Origin: Gammaproteobacteria bacterium
Lineage (GTDB): Bacteria > Pseudomonadota > Gammaproteobacteria > CBDBNL01 > JAAOII01
DNA length: 64,000 bases
Direction of reading: 5' to 3'
Assembly (NCBI GenBank): GCA_965209035.1
Contig: OZ242372.1
Coordinates: forward strand, 896,001-960,000
How positions within the stretch are numbered: the first letter of the stretch is position 1; every line of letters begins with the position of its first letter. The notes under the pieces are model-generated. The model did not search any database, was not told the origin of the DNA, and saw nothing but the letters and a program-made list of their open reading frames with translations. This document shows, piece by piece, positions 12,301 to 19,087 of the stretch. A program made the position numbers and the translations under genes.

Positions 12301-13080
12301 ATCGCCACCGACAAAAAACAACGCGCCTTGGTGTCCCTTGCCGTCCAGAACACCGTCATTATAGATATCCTCGTAAAAATGCTTGGCGGCATGAACGGAA
12401 GTCAGAGAAAGATGCTCGCTGTTTTCCAGATGCAATGACATCTTGCGCGTCCATTCGCTCAAGGCCGCATTCAAAAATCCCAGTTGCATGCCGTCGTCAA
12501 GCGGAACATCCAACCGGGCGTTACTTGCATCGGTCGGGTCGCGATAGCCGACATAACGAGGATCAAAATGCAACCACTCGCGGATAAAAGCCGCGGCGGC
12601 CGCATCCGCCCGAGGCGGGCTCAACCCGACACTTTCAATCAGTCGACAAAAAAGCCCGGTCTGCAAGTGCGACCAGGGTGTGATCGCGAAATTGCGCGGT
12701 GCGGCGGCCGAGTAAGAAGAAACCGTTCGCAGTTCTTGCTGTGGGGTCAAGGCAACACTTTTGCCGGTTGCCTCTTCGGTGTAGATTCCCCCTTTTAGAA
12801 CATACAGCACATAGCCACTTTCATAATTGATGATAAAGTTGAATTGTCCCGTTTCATCCGTTTTACCCGTACCGATTTTTTGCAAGCCGCCGACAGCACA
12901 ATGAGGGCTATTAGCGGAGATTGCATAAGCGGTGACATCGGCATTGGCAACCAAGCCCAATGCGGCTGTGCCGGCAGTCGCGCCGAACACGGGGTCTTTT
13001 GGAGTGGGACCGTTGCGTTCTCCGCAGGCCGTTAGAGCCGCACAAAGTACGCAAACGATTACAGTTTGTTTTGTTTTCAT
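6379..13080 (-). CDS. Giant (~2230 aa) lipoprotein with tandem Ig-like repeats, putative adhesin/surface protein
   Basis: GGAGG upstream of ATG 13080; signal MKTKQTVIVCVLCAALTA-C lipobox; repeated D(T/R)TAP/PP Ig-like linkers and GxHxL..RAxDxxG(N/H) strands. Confidence 0.8.
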   Translation of the reverse strand: MKTKQTVIVCVLCAALTACGERNGPTPKDPVFGATAGTAALGLVANADVTAYAISANSPHCAVGGLQKIGTGKTDETGQFNFIINYESGYVLYVLKGGIYTEEATGKSVALTPQQELRTVSSYSAAAPRNFAITPWSHLQTGLFCRLIESVGLSPPRADAAAAAFIREWLHFDPRYVGYRDPTDASNARLDVPLDDGMQLGFLNAALSEWTRKMSLHLENSEHLSLTSVHAAKHFYEDIYNDGVLDGKGHQGALFFVGGDRSPRRLSAQTYRTDIPRALLDFYDKSEHNQIRNRSGRGKVYRLADNMNGNTNAAVFREQGGSPSLDATAPRVTWLEPVPRILSGLVNISILAEDLTGTESLEVWGPSAPGVILEETDDLSAGSPRKRYLVSLDTAGDGSGEANYLVRVRDVLGNNQTYHFQAIAVNDPPSIRFLSADHTRSANYQLDAEVTPAHTRQQVDSGECILANATDDLESYPVTIVGERVRCLPVLPREGEYLIRMRLCDSEFSSDICARRAKRIVFDRTPPMILSTDSDAVHSGNVSLRFRISDTRSFLTGLPVWTVTGNGEAISGEAMPIAGSADEYAVFFDSARFGSGDTDFTLRVADNIGNEGVYQKTLFVFNRPPTVTLNSSPLFARDAYAAVFDILENSYSNLRAHCRLVGRTGFVTGDYLAGAGGCPLVFSNLPEGEHTLEIRVCGDYNLCTLAAFPVYKDTSPPVADLAGFPSFFTTGDVHLLRIRIRDLSNITLATYAIDGGAETHLKMIWAAGESDPAAELAIDVGQLATGRHSVVFRIRDAAGNLLTRSRSFAVLRDRPSVTLVSDELTEAELYGLRARIDPGTYTGLYTATCQINNRITAALIGGNLLSCQLDMSSRQDGTHRIRILLTADYGRGDDGISYEHTYENEVTVIKDTTAPEIRAITELEDEYTTGPVAVSFRIADAVSAVVAVTRQTDDEEALPLAGSGAEREFSLPTHLLATGTHELVLRAADTLGHTKVFRHVFLVLRDEPSLVRTSAERTREEYYQLTAAIDAGSWAGGYTAFCSLGGSQVTARIRNGILTCPLDMGEVRDGTHAVRVMLTADYGHGYQRFYEREITVIKDTTAPEIRAVNGLADEYTGGPVTIALRITDAVSAVISMTRQTDDGEELPIPGTGAEREISLPTHILATGAHELVLRASDTLGHTRTFRHAFLVLRDEPSLTRTSAEHTNEEHYQLTAEIDAGSWAGGYTAVCSLGGSSVIASIRNNVLVCPLDMRSARDGTHAVRILLTADYGHDYRRFYRREITVIKDTVAPEIRALAGLADEYTDGPVTISFRITDAESAVVAMTRQIDDGEELPIPGTGAEREISLSTHLLATGTHILTLRASDTLGHTRTFQHAFLVLRDEPALTRVSAGRTNEHTYSLVARLDSGTYAGNYDATCKAPLSEVVRATIVRGSGGQRLLRCLVDITQQRDGGTDIRIQLVASYGRSYTRILNVIKDRTPPDPHPISAHPHSDEYDLIAGGSGNITLRYRVTDAHSPLAGVVYSVSDIAEHPATPVSANIWEIVLHLADLPGGEHTLRVVAADTLENAAATSVRILIIKQPPRIDFTHPVLVQSERTAITGTYSIAMPQASLASVVCSDQDGNFVSAVRATIDRQVQEFSCRDYDVRQANHRSVRVRACDIYGNCGDYVTHISHDGNRPNEIRNLAVTSERTLAYNRNDPRCGGRRSTSAEPYYRNVPADCPRLSANTADYYVWEDADAAHGGNQITEPILMLLPQSATRLNASAADPVHIADMNARGVAYLRISVRDSAAAPGGYHTFPENLNITYSYTQIRCRRDTEGTRRPYAECARENFIPRFTHRPLPFVGMNEPGGFALATVAFTDEFLNAPGQPLWYAEGAEIIHRIELKVCDEVGNCIRRKTRFRVRVLAEEPLFEAEVGPAFANNLRRAENYGLTLRQQSVRIWRIRNTFSDYPVWVRFEPPARTEVTFYSSEYRKVNSYRRNYVTQTYVRRRNDTSCGRTGSWPFTRVRHRRFYRYDYLANYYRNVHRATPSPHGNGYPGHVPDSQVTHSRCEHHGSGSLPAIPSPHYQTEAGFPKVSYRSPARVTAGFASVYRVQTVNRQNEATDAIRTSSGYYRIPAGEYLIIRSVETIDRTPETASNVAGNIDYSAWKRVIYRRETEIPLSLWGYYTLSVTDVNGYAAPDLSARRSFVFAPPFVRARRPLDVVISCRDERVGSGGCRSLYKGAWEYGERY
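8930..10650. repeat. Internal 564-bp (188-aa) coding repeats of the giant lipoprotein
   Basis: LRDEP anchor recurs at ~8933, 9497, 10061 (period 564) and more divergently at ~10640. Confidence 0.9.
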
Positions 13081-13202
13081 TTCATAGCCTCCCAACTTTT
13101 GTGATGATAAACTTGCAGTAATTATAATAAAGAGATTTCCAATTAAACACAAATCGGATAAAAAAATAAGGATTTTTAAAAATATTTTTGTTTCGGCGGC
13201 CG

Positions 13203-13289
13203 GCGGAAGTTGTCGAGAGTTACCGGGAGTTGTTGGAAGCCGTCGAGAGTTGTAAGGTTGCAAGGTTGCAAGATTGCAAGATTGCAAGA
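13203..13289. repeat. Degenerate 10-mer then 8-mer (TTGCAAGR) tandem repeats
   Basis: ggaagttgtc/gagagttacc/gggagttgtt... then ttgcaagg ttgcaaga ttgcaaga in the divergent intergenic region. Confidence 0.7.
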
Positions 13290-13384
13290 AAGCGTAAAAA
13301 GCCGCAAAACGATTCAACTGAAAAATGACCGCCCAAGGATCCCTATGCACAAAATGAAGGCGTATGTCTTAAAATAACGGAACT

Positions 13385-14167
13385 ATGAAAATAACTTCTA
13401 TCAAACATCGCTCGGCGATGTTACTGCCCAACTTGCTGACCACCACAGCGTTGCTAACCGCTTTCTACAGCCTGGTCGCCACTTGGGAACAAAATTATGT
13501 GTATGCCGCTATCGCCATCATCATTGCCGCCTTCTTGGATGCCTTTGACGGTCGCGTCGCCCGCTTCACCCGAAGTACTTCTTCCTTCGGCGAGCATTAT
13601 GATTCTTTGGCGGATGTGATCGCTTTTGGTGTGGCACCGGCGTTTCTGGCGTTTGGCTGGGGAATCCATCAATTCAGCGAAGCCGGCATCGCCCTGTGCT
13701 TTGTCTACGTGGCGTGTTGTTGCATGCGTCTTGCCCGGTTTTCCACGGGAGACGAAGGGAAGTACAAGTTTCGCGGCATGCCCAGCCCGACCGGCGGCGG
13801 CTATATCGCATCTCTTATCTGGTTGCTGGAAATCTATCCGATGCCGGCATACCTGGCACAGTCCATCGTTGTGATCGCCCTGCCGACCGTCGGGTTGTTG
13901 ATGGTCAGTTCTTTGCCGTTCATCAGCGGCCGCTCTTTTCGCTTTCTTTCCCGTTCGCATTCCGGGCCAACCTTGCTGCTTGTGATTTTTTACTTCGGGC
14001 TGCTGATTGCCTATCCGCCGGAAACCTTGCTGGCTTCGGGTTGTCTTTATGTTTTGCTTGCACTCGCTCACAGCGTGCGCCGGTCTCTCGGCGAGCACAA
14101 AAAAATTGGCACGACAAAATACAAGATATCAAACCGCGCGGAAAAACAAAACAATCATAAGGATTAA
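13385..14167 (+). CDS. pssA: CDP-diacylglycerol--serine O-phosphatidyltransferase
   Basis: LPNLLT, DAFDGRVAR...FG..YDSLADVIAFGVAPA, RLARF, FRGMPSP. Confidence 0.92.
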   Translation: MKITSIKHRSAMLLPNLLTTTALLTAFYSLVATWEQNYVYAAIAIIIAAFLDAFDGRVARFTRSTSSFGEHYDSLADVIAFGVAPAFLAFGWGIHQFSEAGIALCFVYVACCCMRLARFSTGDEGKYKFRGMPSPTGGGYIASLIWLLEIYPMPAYLAQSIVVIALPTVGLLMVSSLPFISGRSFRFLSRSHSGPTLLLVIFYFGLLIAYPPETLLASGCLYVLLALAHSVRRSLGEHKKIGTTKYKISNRAEKQNNHKD

Positions 14168-14318
14168 TTTTGCGTGATGAATGAATAGCATCTGAAATGA
14201 TTCATGATTCAAGCGGCGGAACCCGGCGCCGAGTCGAAAACAAGCCGGGCAGGAGTGTTCGCTTACGCTTACGCTTGCCCGAGCATCCTTTTGGGATATT
14301 TAATAAGGCGTATTTTTT

Positions 14319-14368
14319 TAAGGCACAGTTGTTAAGGCGCAATTAAGGCACAGTCGTTAAGGCGCAAC
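14319..14368. repeat. 25-bp tandem repeat x2
   Basis: ttaaggcacagt(t/c)gttaaggcgcaa twice upstream of rpiA. Confidence 0.8.
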
Positions 14369-14376
14369 CAACGAAA

Positions 14377-15123
14377 ATGATATTCGGCAGAAACGACAAA
14401 ACGGAAAACGCACGCAAACTCAAAACGGCGGTCGCAAACTACGCCGTCGCCGAACTTGCCAAACTGCCGTTGGAAGATATGCGTATCGGTTTTGGCAGCG
14501 GCAGCACCTTGGAAATATTCATCGGCTGTTTGAAGCCCTTAGCGGGGCGCATCCGGTTGCCGGCAGCCGGCAGTTCCGACGCCACCGCCGCCGCCCTCAA
14601 AAAGATGGACATCATCGCCGAAGATACCAACAGTATTCGCGGCATAGATCTGTACATAGACGGCGCGGATAAAATTGACACCCACTTTCGGATGATCAAA
14701 GGCGGCGGAGGCGCCCTGACCGGCGAAAAAATTCTTGCCTGGCAAGCCCGCGAATTCTGGTGCCTTGCCGACCATTCCAAACAAACGGACATCCTCGGCG
14801 ACTTCCCCGTAGCGGTTGAAGTCGTTCAAAACGCCCGCAGCCTGGTCGCACGCGAACTGACAAAAATGGGTGGCAGTCCCGAATATCGGCAGGGCTTTGT
14901 CACAGATCACGGCAACCCGATCCTGGATGTTTACAACTTGGACCTTGGCAATCCGGCGGCAATGGAGGAGAAGATCAACAACCTGCCGGGCGCGGTTTGT
15001 AACGGTATCTTCGCCAAGACACCGGCGACCCGACTTCTATGTGCATGCCCGCCGCAGGGCGATGGCAGGCCGCTCATTCGGGATCTGTTGCCGGCAAGCC
15101 CGCTTCCTTCGGAGCAACCTTAA
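14377..15123 (+). CDS. rpiA: Ribose-5-phosphate isomerase A
   Basis: GFGSGST, DLYIDGAD, IKGGGGAL..EKI, TDHGN. Confidence 0.95.
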   Translation: MIFGRNDKTENARKLKTAVANYAVAELAKLPLEDMRIGFGSGSTLEIFIGCLKPLAGRIRLPAAGSSDATAAALKKMDIIAEDTNSIRGIDLYIDGADKIDTHFRMIKGGGGALTGEKILAWQAREFWCLADHSKQTDILGDFPVAVEVVQNARSLVARELTKMGGSPEYRQGFVTDHGNPILDVYNLDLGNPAAMEEKINNLPGAVCNGIFAKTPATRLLCACPPQGDGRPLIRDLLPASPLPSEQP

Positions 15124-15461
15124 AAAGAAAAAAGCATTATTTCGGGATCCGTTTGGGTCCTATTTGGCAGCACGACAGAACCCGTTTGCCATACCGGGGC
15201 ATTCTTTAAGCGTTAAAGAAAGAAGGGCGGGCGGGAGAAAAAAGGATGAAAGAAGGATGCATTAGGATCCTCTTTTTTAAGGACGAAAGCCGGCAACACC
15301 CAAAGATGTCGCCGGCTTCCTGCCCCCGCACTACCCTCGCAAAAGGGGACTACTATGATGCAATCAAGTTAAAAAACAGCCTTGATTGCTAGCACGCCGC
15401 AAGTGTGCGGAAACGAACGGCATGCTAACCATACACCATTATATAACACATTCCCGATCAC

Positions 15462-15605
15462 TGTATGATCCCTGTATGATCCCACCCATTTCCGGACTTT
15501 TTTTGTTTTTGCAAAAACTGGATTGGCGAGAGTTGTTTGAGAGCATAATGGGGACGTGTATGATCTCACCCATTCCCGGACTTTTGTTGTTTTTGCAAAA
15601 ACTGG
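15462..15605. mobile_element. Stacked remnants of the IS481-family element end
   Basis: Three TGTATGAT-initiated fragments; 15473-15556 near-identical to 39101-39184. Confidence 0.85.
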
Positions 15606-15693
15606 CTCTTTAATGTGAGGACACGCCATTCCAACCTCCGAGTCCCAAACCTTGCCGGAAGGATGCATATCGTGCCGGCAGTTATCCGTTTTT

Positions 15694-16770
15694 TTATAGA
15701 ATGCAGTTTTTTAGGTCTTCGGCAAAAGACGACAGGAACGCAAAGTAACCTCGCTCGTTCATCGCAATATCCTCTCCCAGGGGATCCCAAACCCCTTCCC
15801 GAATCCGCAGGCCGCGCCGCAGACCGGCCAGTGCTTGCGGACTTATCTGCGGTTCTCTCAAAATACAGACGACCTGCCCGGCGGTTAACTTGGAACGCAG
15901 CTGTGCGAGATGGGATGCCGAATAGCCACTTTCGGGCGAGACGACGACATAACCAACATAATTGAGATCGAACGCATGCGCGAAATGCGAATAGGCATCG
16001 TGCATGCTAACAAATCCGTGTGTTTTCACAGGTTGTAACTTAGCGGTGATCTCGGTTTTTAGCAGTGTTAAATCGTGCCGGAACATCTTCCATTTTTGTA
16101 TGTACGCTTCTTGCTTTTGCGGATTAAGACGAATGAGTGCTTGGGTAATCTCCCCCGCCGCTACGGATGTGAGGGTTGGCGAAAGCCAAAAATGCGGGTC
16201 GCCCGCGTGGCTGTGTGCCGCACCACTTTCCTTGTTTTTGGGGGTGCCTGTGTCTGCCTTATGTTCATCCGGGTCGGCGTGATCGGCGTGTTCTTTGTGT
16301 TCGGTATGTTCATCCGGGTCTGCGTGATCGGCGTGTTCGGTATGTTCATCGTGTTCATCGCGGTCCTCGTGTTCTTCGCCCGGTTGCTTGTGCGTGTCCT
16401 CCCGGGTCAAGATGTTATCGATCTTTTTACTGCTCCTTTTATTGCTCTTTTTATCGCCGAACGCTTTTTCCAAGGAGAGAACCGATTTGGCACGCCGGAC
16501 GGGTTTTGTCAACCCGCTTTCCAGGTTCGGTCCCGTCCATATCACCAGATCGGCATCCGCTAACTTACGCAGATCCGAAGGTTTGAGGTGATAAGTATGC
16601 GGCGAGGCTCCGTCCGGCACAAGCACTTCCACCCGGTCGTCCGGATCAGCCAATGCCCGCACGATGAACCCGAGCGGTTTGATGCTAACCAGAATCTCCG
16701 CCCCAAATGCTTTGGCGGGAACAGTAGAACATACCAGCACAAAAGTAGCACTTAAAAAGAGATGCCTCAT
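15694..16770 (-). CDS. znuA: Zinc ABC transporter substrate-binding protein
   Basis: SIKPL, GASPHTYHLKPSD, His/Asp/Glu-rich loop, DPHFWLSP, HDAY. Confidence 0.9.
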   Translation of the reverse strand: MRHLFLSATFVLVCSTVPAKAFGAEILVSIKPLGFIVRALADPDDRVEVLVPDGASPHTYHLKPSDLRKLADADLVIWTGPNLESGLTKPVRRAKSVLSLEKAFGDKKSNKRSSKKIDNILTREDTHKQPGEEHEDRDEHDEHTEHADHADPDEHTEHKEHADHADPDEHKADTGTPKNKESGAAHSHAGDPHFWLSPTLTSVAAGEITQALIRLNPQKQEAYIQKWKMFRHDLTLLKTEITAKLQPVKTHGFVSMHDAYSHFAHAFDLNYVGYVVVSPESGYSASHLAQLRSKLTAGQVVCILREPQISPQALAGLRRGLRIREGVWDPLGEDIAMNERGYFAFLSSFAEDLKNCIL

Positions 16771-16886
16771 CCCGCCCGGCGGCCGAATAACCGATATCAA
16801 CCGCATCGCTTTACTGCGGGAGCTGTTGGAACCCGAGGGAACAACTGGCGGACAAATAAGGTGGAGCCGGTAAAGAAATTTTCGGG

Positions 16887-17534
16887 CTAAGGATTTGCAA
16901 GATTCTGTAATCGTGAGATTTCGTTTTTTATTTCTTCAAGTATTTCGGGGTTTATGATTGTTTTTGCTTTGGAACTATCCGACTGCGAATAAATGTAAAA
17001 TACCTTCCCGCCATATTTTTTTGTAAACTCTTTGTGAGTTTGATGTTGAATATTTCTTTCCTTATGAATTTGAGAAAGTTGAAATCCTGTGGGGACCGGT
17101 TTGATCTGCAATCCGATATAACAATCTTTGATGCTAATATAAAAATCCACATTGTAACGTCTGTCCCAGTCATCCGATGCCGGCTGAATAGAACATCCCA
17201 AAGACTCTTCCACTTGTCCGTATATTGTCTTAATTTCGTTTCTGTATCCGTTATAAGTCCTGTCAATCACAAGTTGAACCATGTAATTAATACAGTCTTC
17301 TTCCGTAATGCTTTCTATTTCCGCAGGTATGACTTCAGTTATTTTGGTGTATAGGCGTCTCCCAAGATCTTTGATAGCCTCTTCGGAGCGCACCTCACTA
17401 AAATAAAATTTTCGCCACTCTTCCATACTCTTTGGAGCGCATCCGCGAATGCTTGCCGAAGTCGCCCCAACATTCCTCTTGAAGTTCAGTTGAAAGCGAT
17501 TCATAACACTATTCAATATCCATTCTTTCGCCAT
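16887..17534 (-). CDS. MjaI family type II restriction endonuclease
   Basis: MAKEWILN..MNRFQLNFKRNVG N-terminus; VDFYI...GLQIKP PD-(D/E)xK variant; coupled to the MTase. Confidence 0.82.
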   Translation of the reverse strand: MAKEWILNSVMNRFQLNFKRNVGATSASIRGCAPKSMEEWRKFYFSEVRSEEAIKDLGRRLYTKITEVIPAEIESITEEDCINYMVQLVIDRTYNGYRNEIKTIYGQVEESLGCSIQPASDDWDRRYNVDFYISIKDCYIGLQIKPVPTGFQLSQIHKERNIQHQTHKEFTKKYGGKVFYIYSQSDSSKAKTIINPEILEEIKNEISRLQNLANP

Positions 17535-18826
17535 TAATCTTCAGCCTCCAAACGCAGAAATTTTTCTTTGTATCTAAAATTGGTGCGGGTGTCCGTGGTT
17601 GCCAATCCCTGTTGGACAAGTTTGGCATTGATGAAGGTCTTGTTTTTCAAAAATAAATAGCAGGGCGGCTCTTGGACAGGGTCTGTTGTGGCGGGCTCAA
17701 ACTTGAGAAATACCTTTTGCCCTTTGGTTTTTGCCGTGAGAAATCGCATCGCAAGATGCCGCTGGGGCTGCTTTTCCGTAACGCCGAGAAGTTTGATAAT
17801 GCGTCCGTCGCTTAAACGCACGGATGTCGGACTCAACACCTCTTTGACGGAAAAACATTCGGGGCTGTTGCCCGAGTTTTCCGGTGCTCTGTTACTAATC
17901 CGGGAACCAAAAGTGGCGTTGGCGCGGCTCTCTTTTGGCTTTAATTGATGCGGGTCTTTAAACCTGTATGGAAGAGTTGCCAAGAGTGCCTTGTTGTCCG
18001 GCACAGTGTCGTCAAGAATCAAACTGTCGCCGGGAGACCCCAACCTTTCCAAAATCATTGGAACAAATGCGGGGTTCACTTCATAGGCAACGGAGTTTCT
18101 TTTAAGTTGCTGTGCCACCCCGGAAGTGGTGCCGCTGCCGGCGAAGGGATCCAGAACATAATCGCCAACGAAACTAAACATTTTGATTAATCGCAGGGGT
18201 AGTTCGGCGGGGAACATCGCCAAATGTTTGCCTTGCCGAACTCCCGGGAAGTTCCAATGACCGCAGAAATACCGATTCCATTCTTCGTTTGTGAGAGCGG
18301 AATCTTTTTTGGCAGTTGGTTCCGGCGCGGGTGCGCGCCCTTGTTTCTTAAAAATTAAAATGAACTCGTAGTCCAGTTTCAAAATGCCGTTGCGGGGATA
18401 CGGGAAACTGCCCATCACACTGCCGCCGCCCGTCGTATTCATCGTGGCGGTCTTTTGCCAGATGACCGCCCCCATGTAGTCAAACCCCAGAATCTCGCAA
18501 AACTTGATGATCTCGGTGCGGATGGGTATCACCTTGTAGCGACCATAATGAATTGCCCGGGCATATTGGTCGCCAATGTTAATGCATAAACGGCATCCGG
18601 GAAATAAGACGCGATCACATTCACGCCAAACCATATTGAGGTGATTAATGTAGTCTTCGTAACTATCGTGATAACCAATTTGGCGGGGGTCGCCGTAATC
18701 TTTGAGTTGCCAGTAGGGCGGCGAAGTAACGATCAAATGAATACTCTCGTCGGCTATCTTTGCCATCTTGCGGCTGTCGCCGAGAATGACCCGATGGGGT
18801 GGTGTGTTCGTTTGTGGTGTGTTCAT
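17534..18826 (-). CDS. N4/N6 DNA methyltransferase (beta class) with C-terminal thermonuclease-like domain
   Basis: TSPPY, HLAMFP, VLDPFAGSGTT; C-terminal KLLGV..GQKVFLKFE..YLFL..TFINAKLVQQGLA. Confidence 0.88.
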   Translation of the reverse strand: MNTPQTNTPPHRVILGDSRKMAKIADESIHLIVTSPPYWQLKDYGDPRQIGYHDSYEDYINHLNMVWRECDRVLFPGCRLCINIGDQYARAIHYGRYKVIPIRTEIIKFCEILGFDYMGAVIWQKTATMNTTGGGSVMGSFPYPRNGILKLDYEFILIFKKQGRAPAPEPTAKKDSALTNEEWNRYFCGHWNFPGVRQGKHLAMFPAELPLRLIKMFSFVGDYVLDPFAGSGTTSGVAQQLKRNSVAYEVNPAFVPMILERLGSPGDSLILDDTVPDNKALLATLPYRFKDPHQLKPKESRANATFGSRISNRAPENSGNSPECFSVKEVLSPTSVRLSDGRIIKLLGVTEKQPQRHLAMRFLTAKTKGQKVFLKFEPATTDPVQEPPCYLFLKNKTFINAKLVQQGLATTDTRTNFRYKEKFLRLEAED

Positions 18827-18855
18827 TTGCCTCCTTACCTACATTTTAAGGCGGA

Positions 18856-18957
18856 CTACCTCGCTTTTTTATAATATTTGATAATTTGATCTGCCATTTT
18901 GCGGCTGTCGCCGAGAATGACCCGGTGGGGTGGTGTGTTCGTTTGTGTTTTGTTCAT
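18856..18957 (-). CDS. 33-aa chimeric micro-ORF (MTase N-terminus + pentapeptide-protein C-terminus)
   Basis: Translates MNKTQTNTPPHRVILGDSRKMADQIIKYYKKAR*. Confidence 0.4.
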   Translation of the reverse strand: MNKTQTNTPPHRVILGDSRKMADQIIKYYKKAR

Positions 18958-19000
18958 CTGTGTTTTTTCATTTGACGCCTTGCCAATAGTTTAAGGCGGA

Positions 19001-19087
19001 CTACCCTGCTTTTTTATAATATTTGATAATCTCGTCCGTTATCTTGCGGCTGTCGCCGAGAATGACCCGATGGGGTGGTGTGTTCAT
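19001..19087 (-). CDS. 28-aa chimeric micro-ORF (MTase N-terminus + pentapeptide-protein C-terminus)
   Basis: Translates MNTPPHRVILGDSRKITDEIIKYYKKAG*; ATG overlaps the upstream stop (ATGA). Confidence 0.4.
   Translation of the reverse strand: MNTPPHRVILGDSRKITDEIIKYYKKAG

Noticed and set aside
13081-13350. 90-aa N-terminal extension of the giant ORF
   Set aside because: Runs through simple repeats; SD and lipoprotein signal point to ATG 13080.
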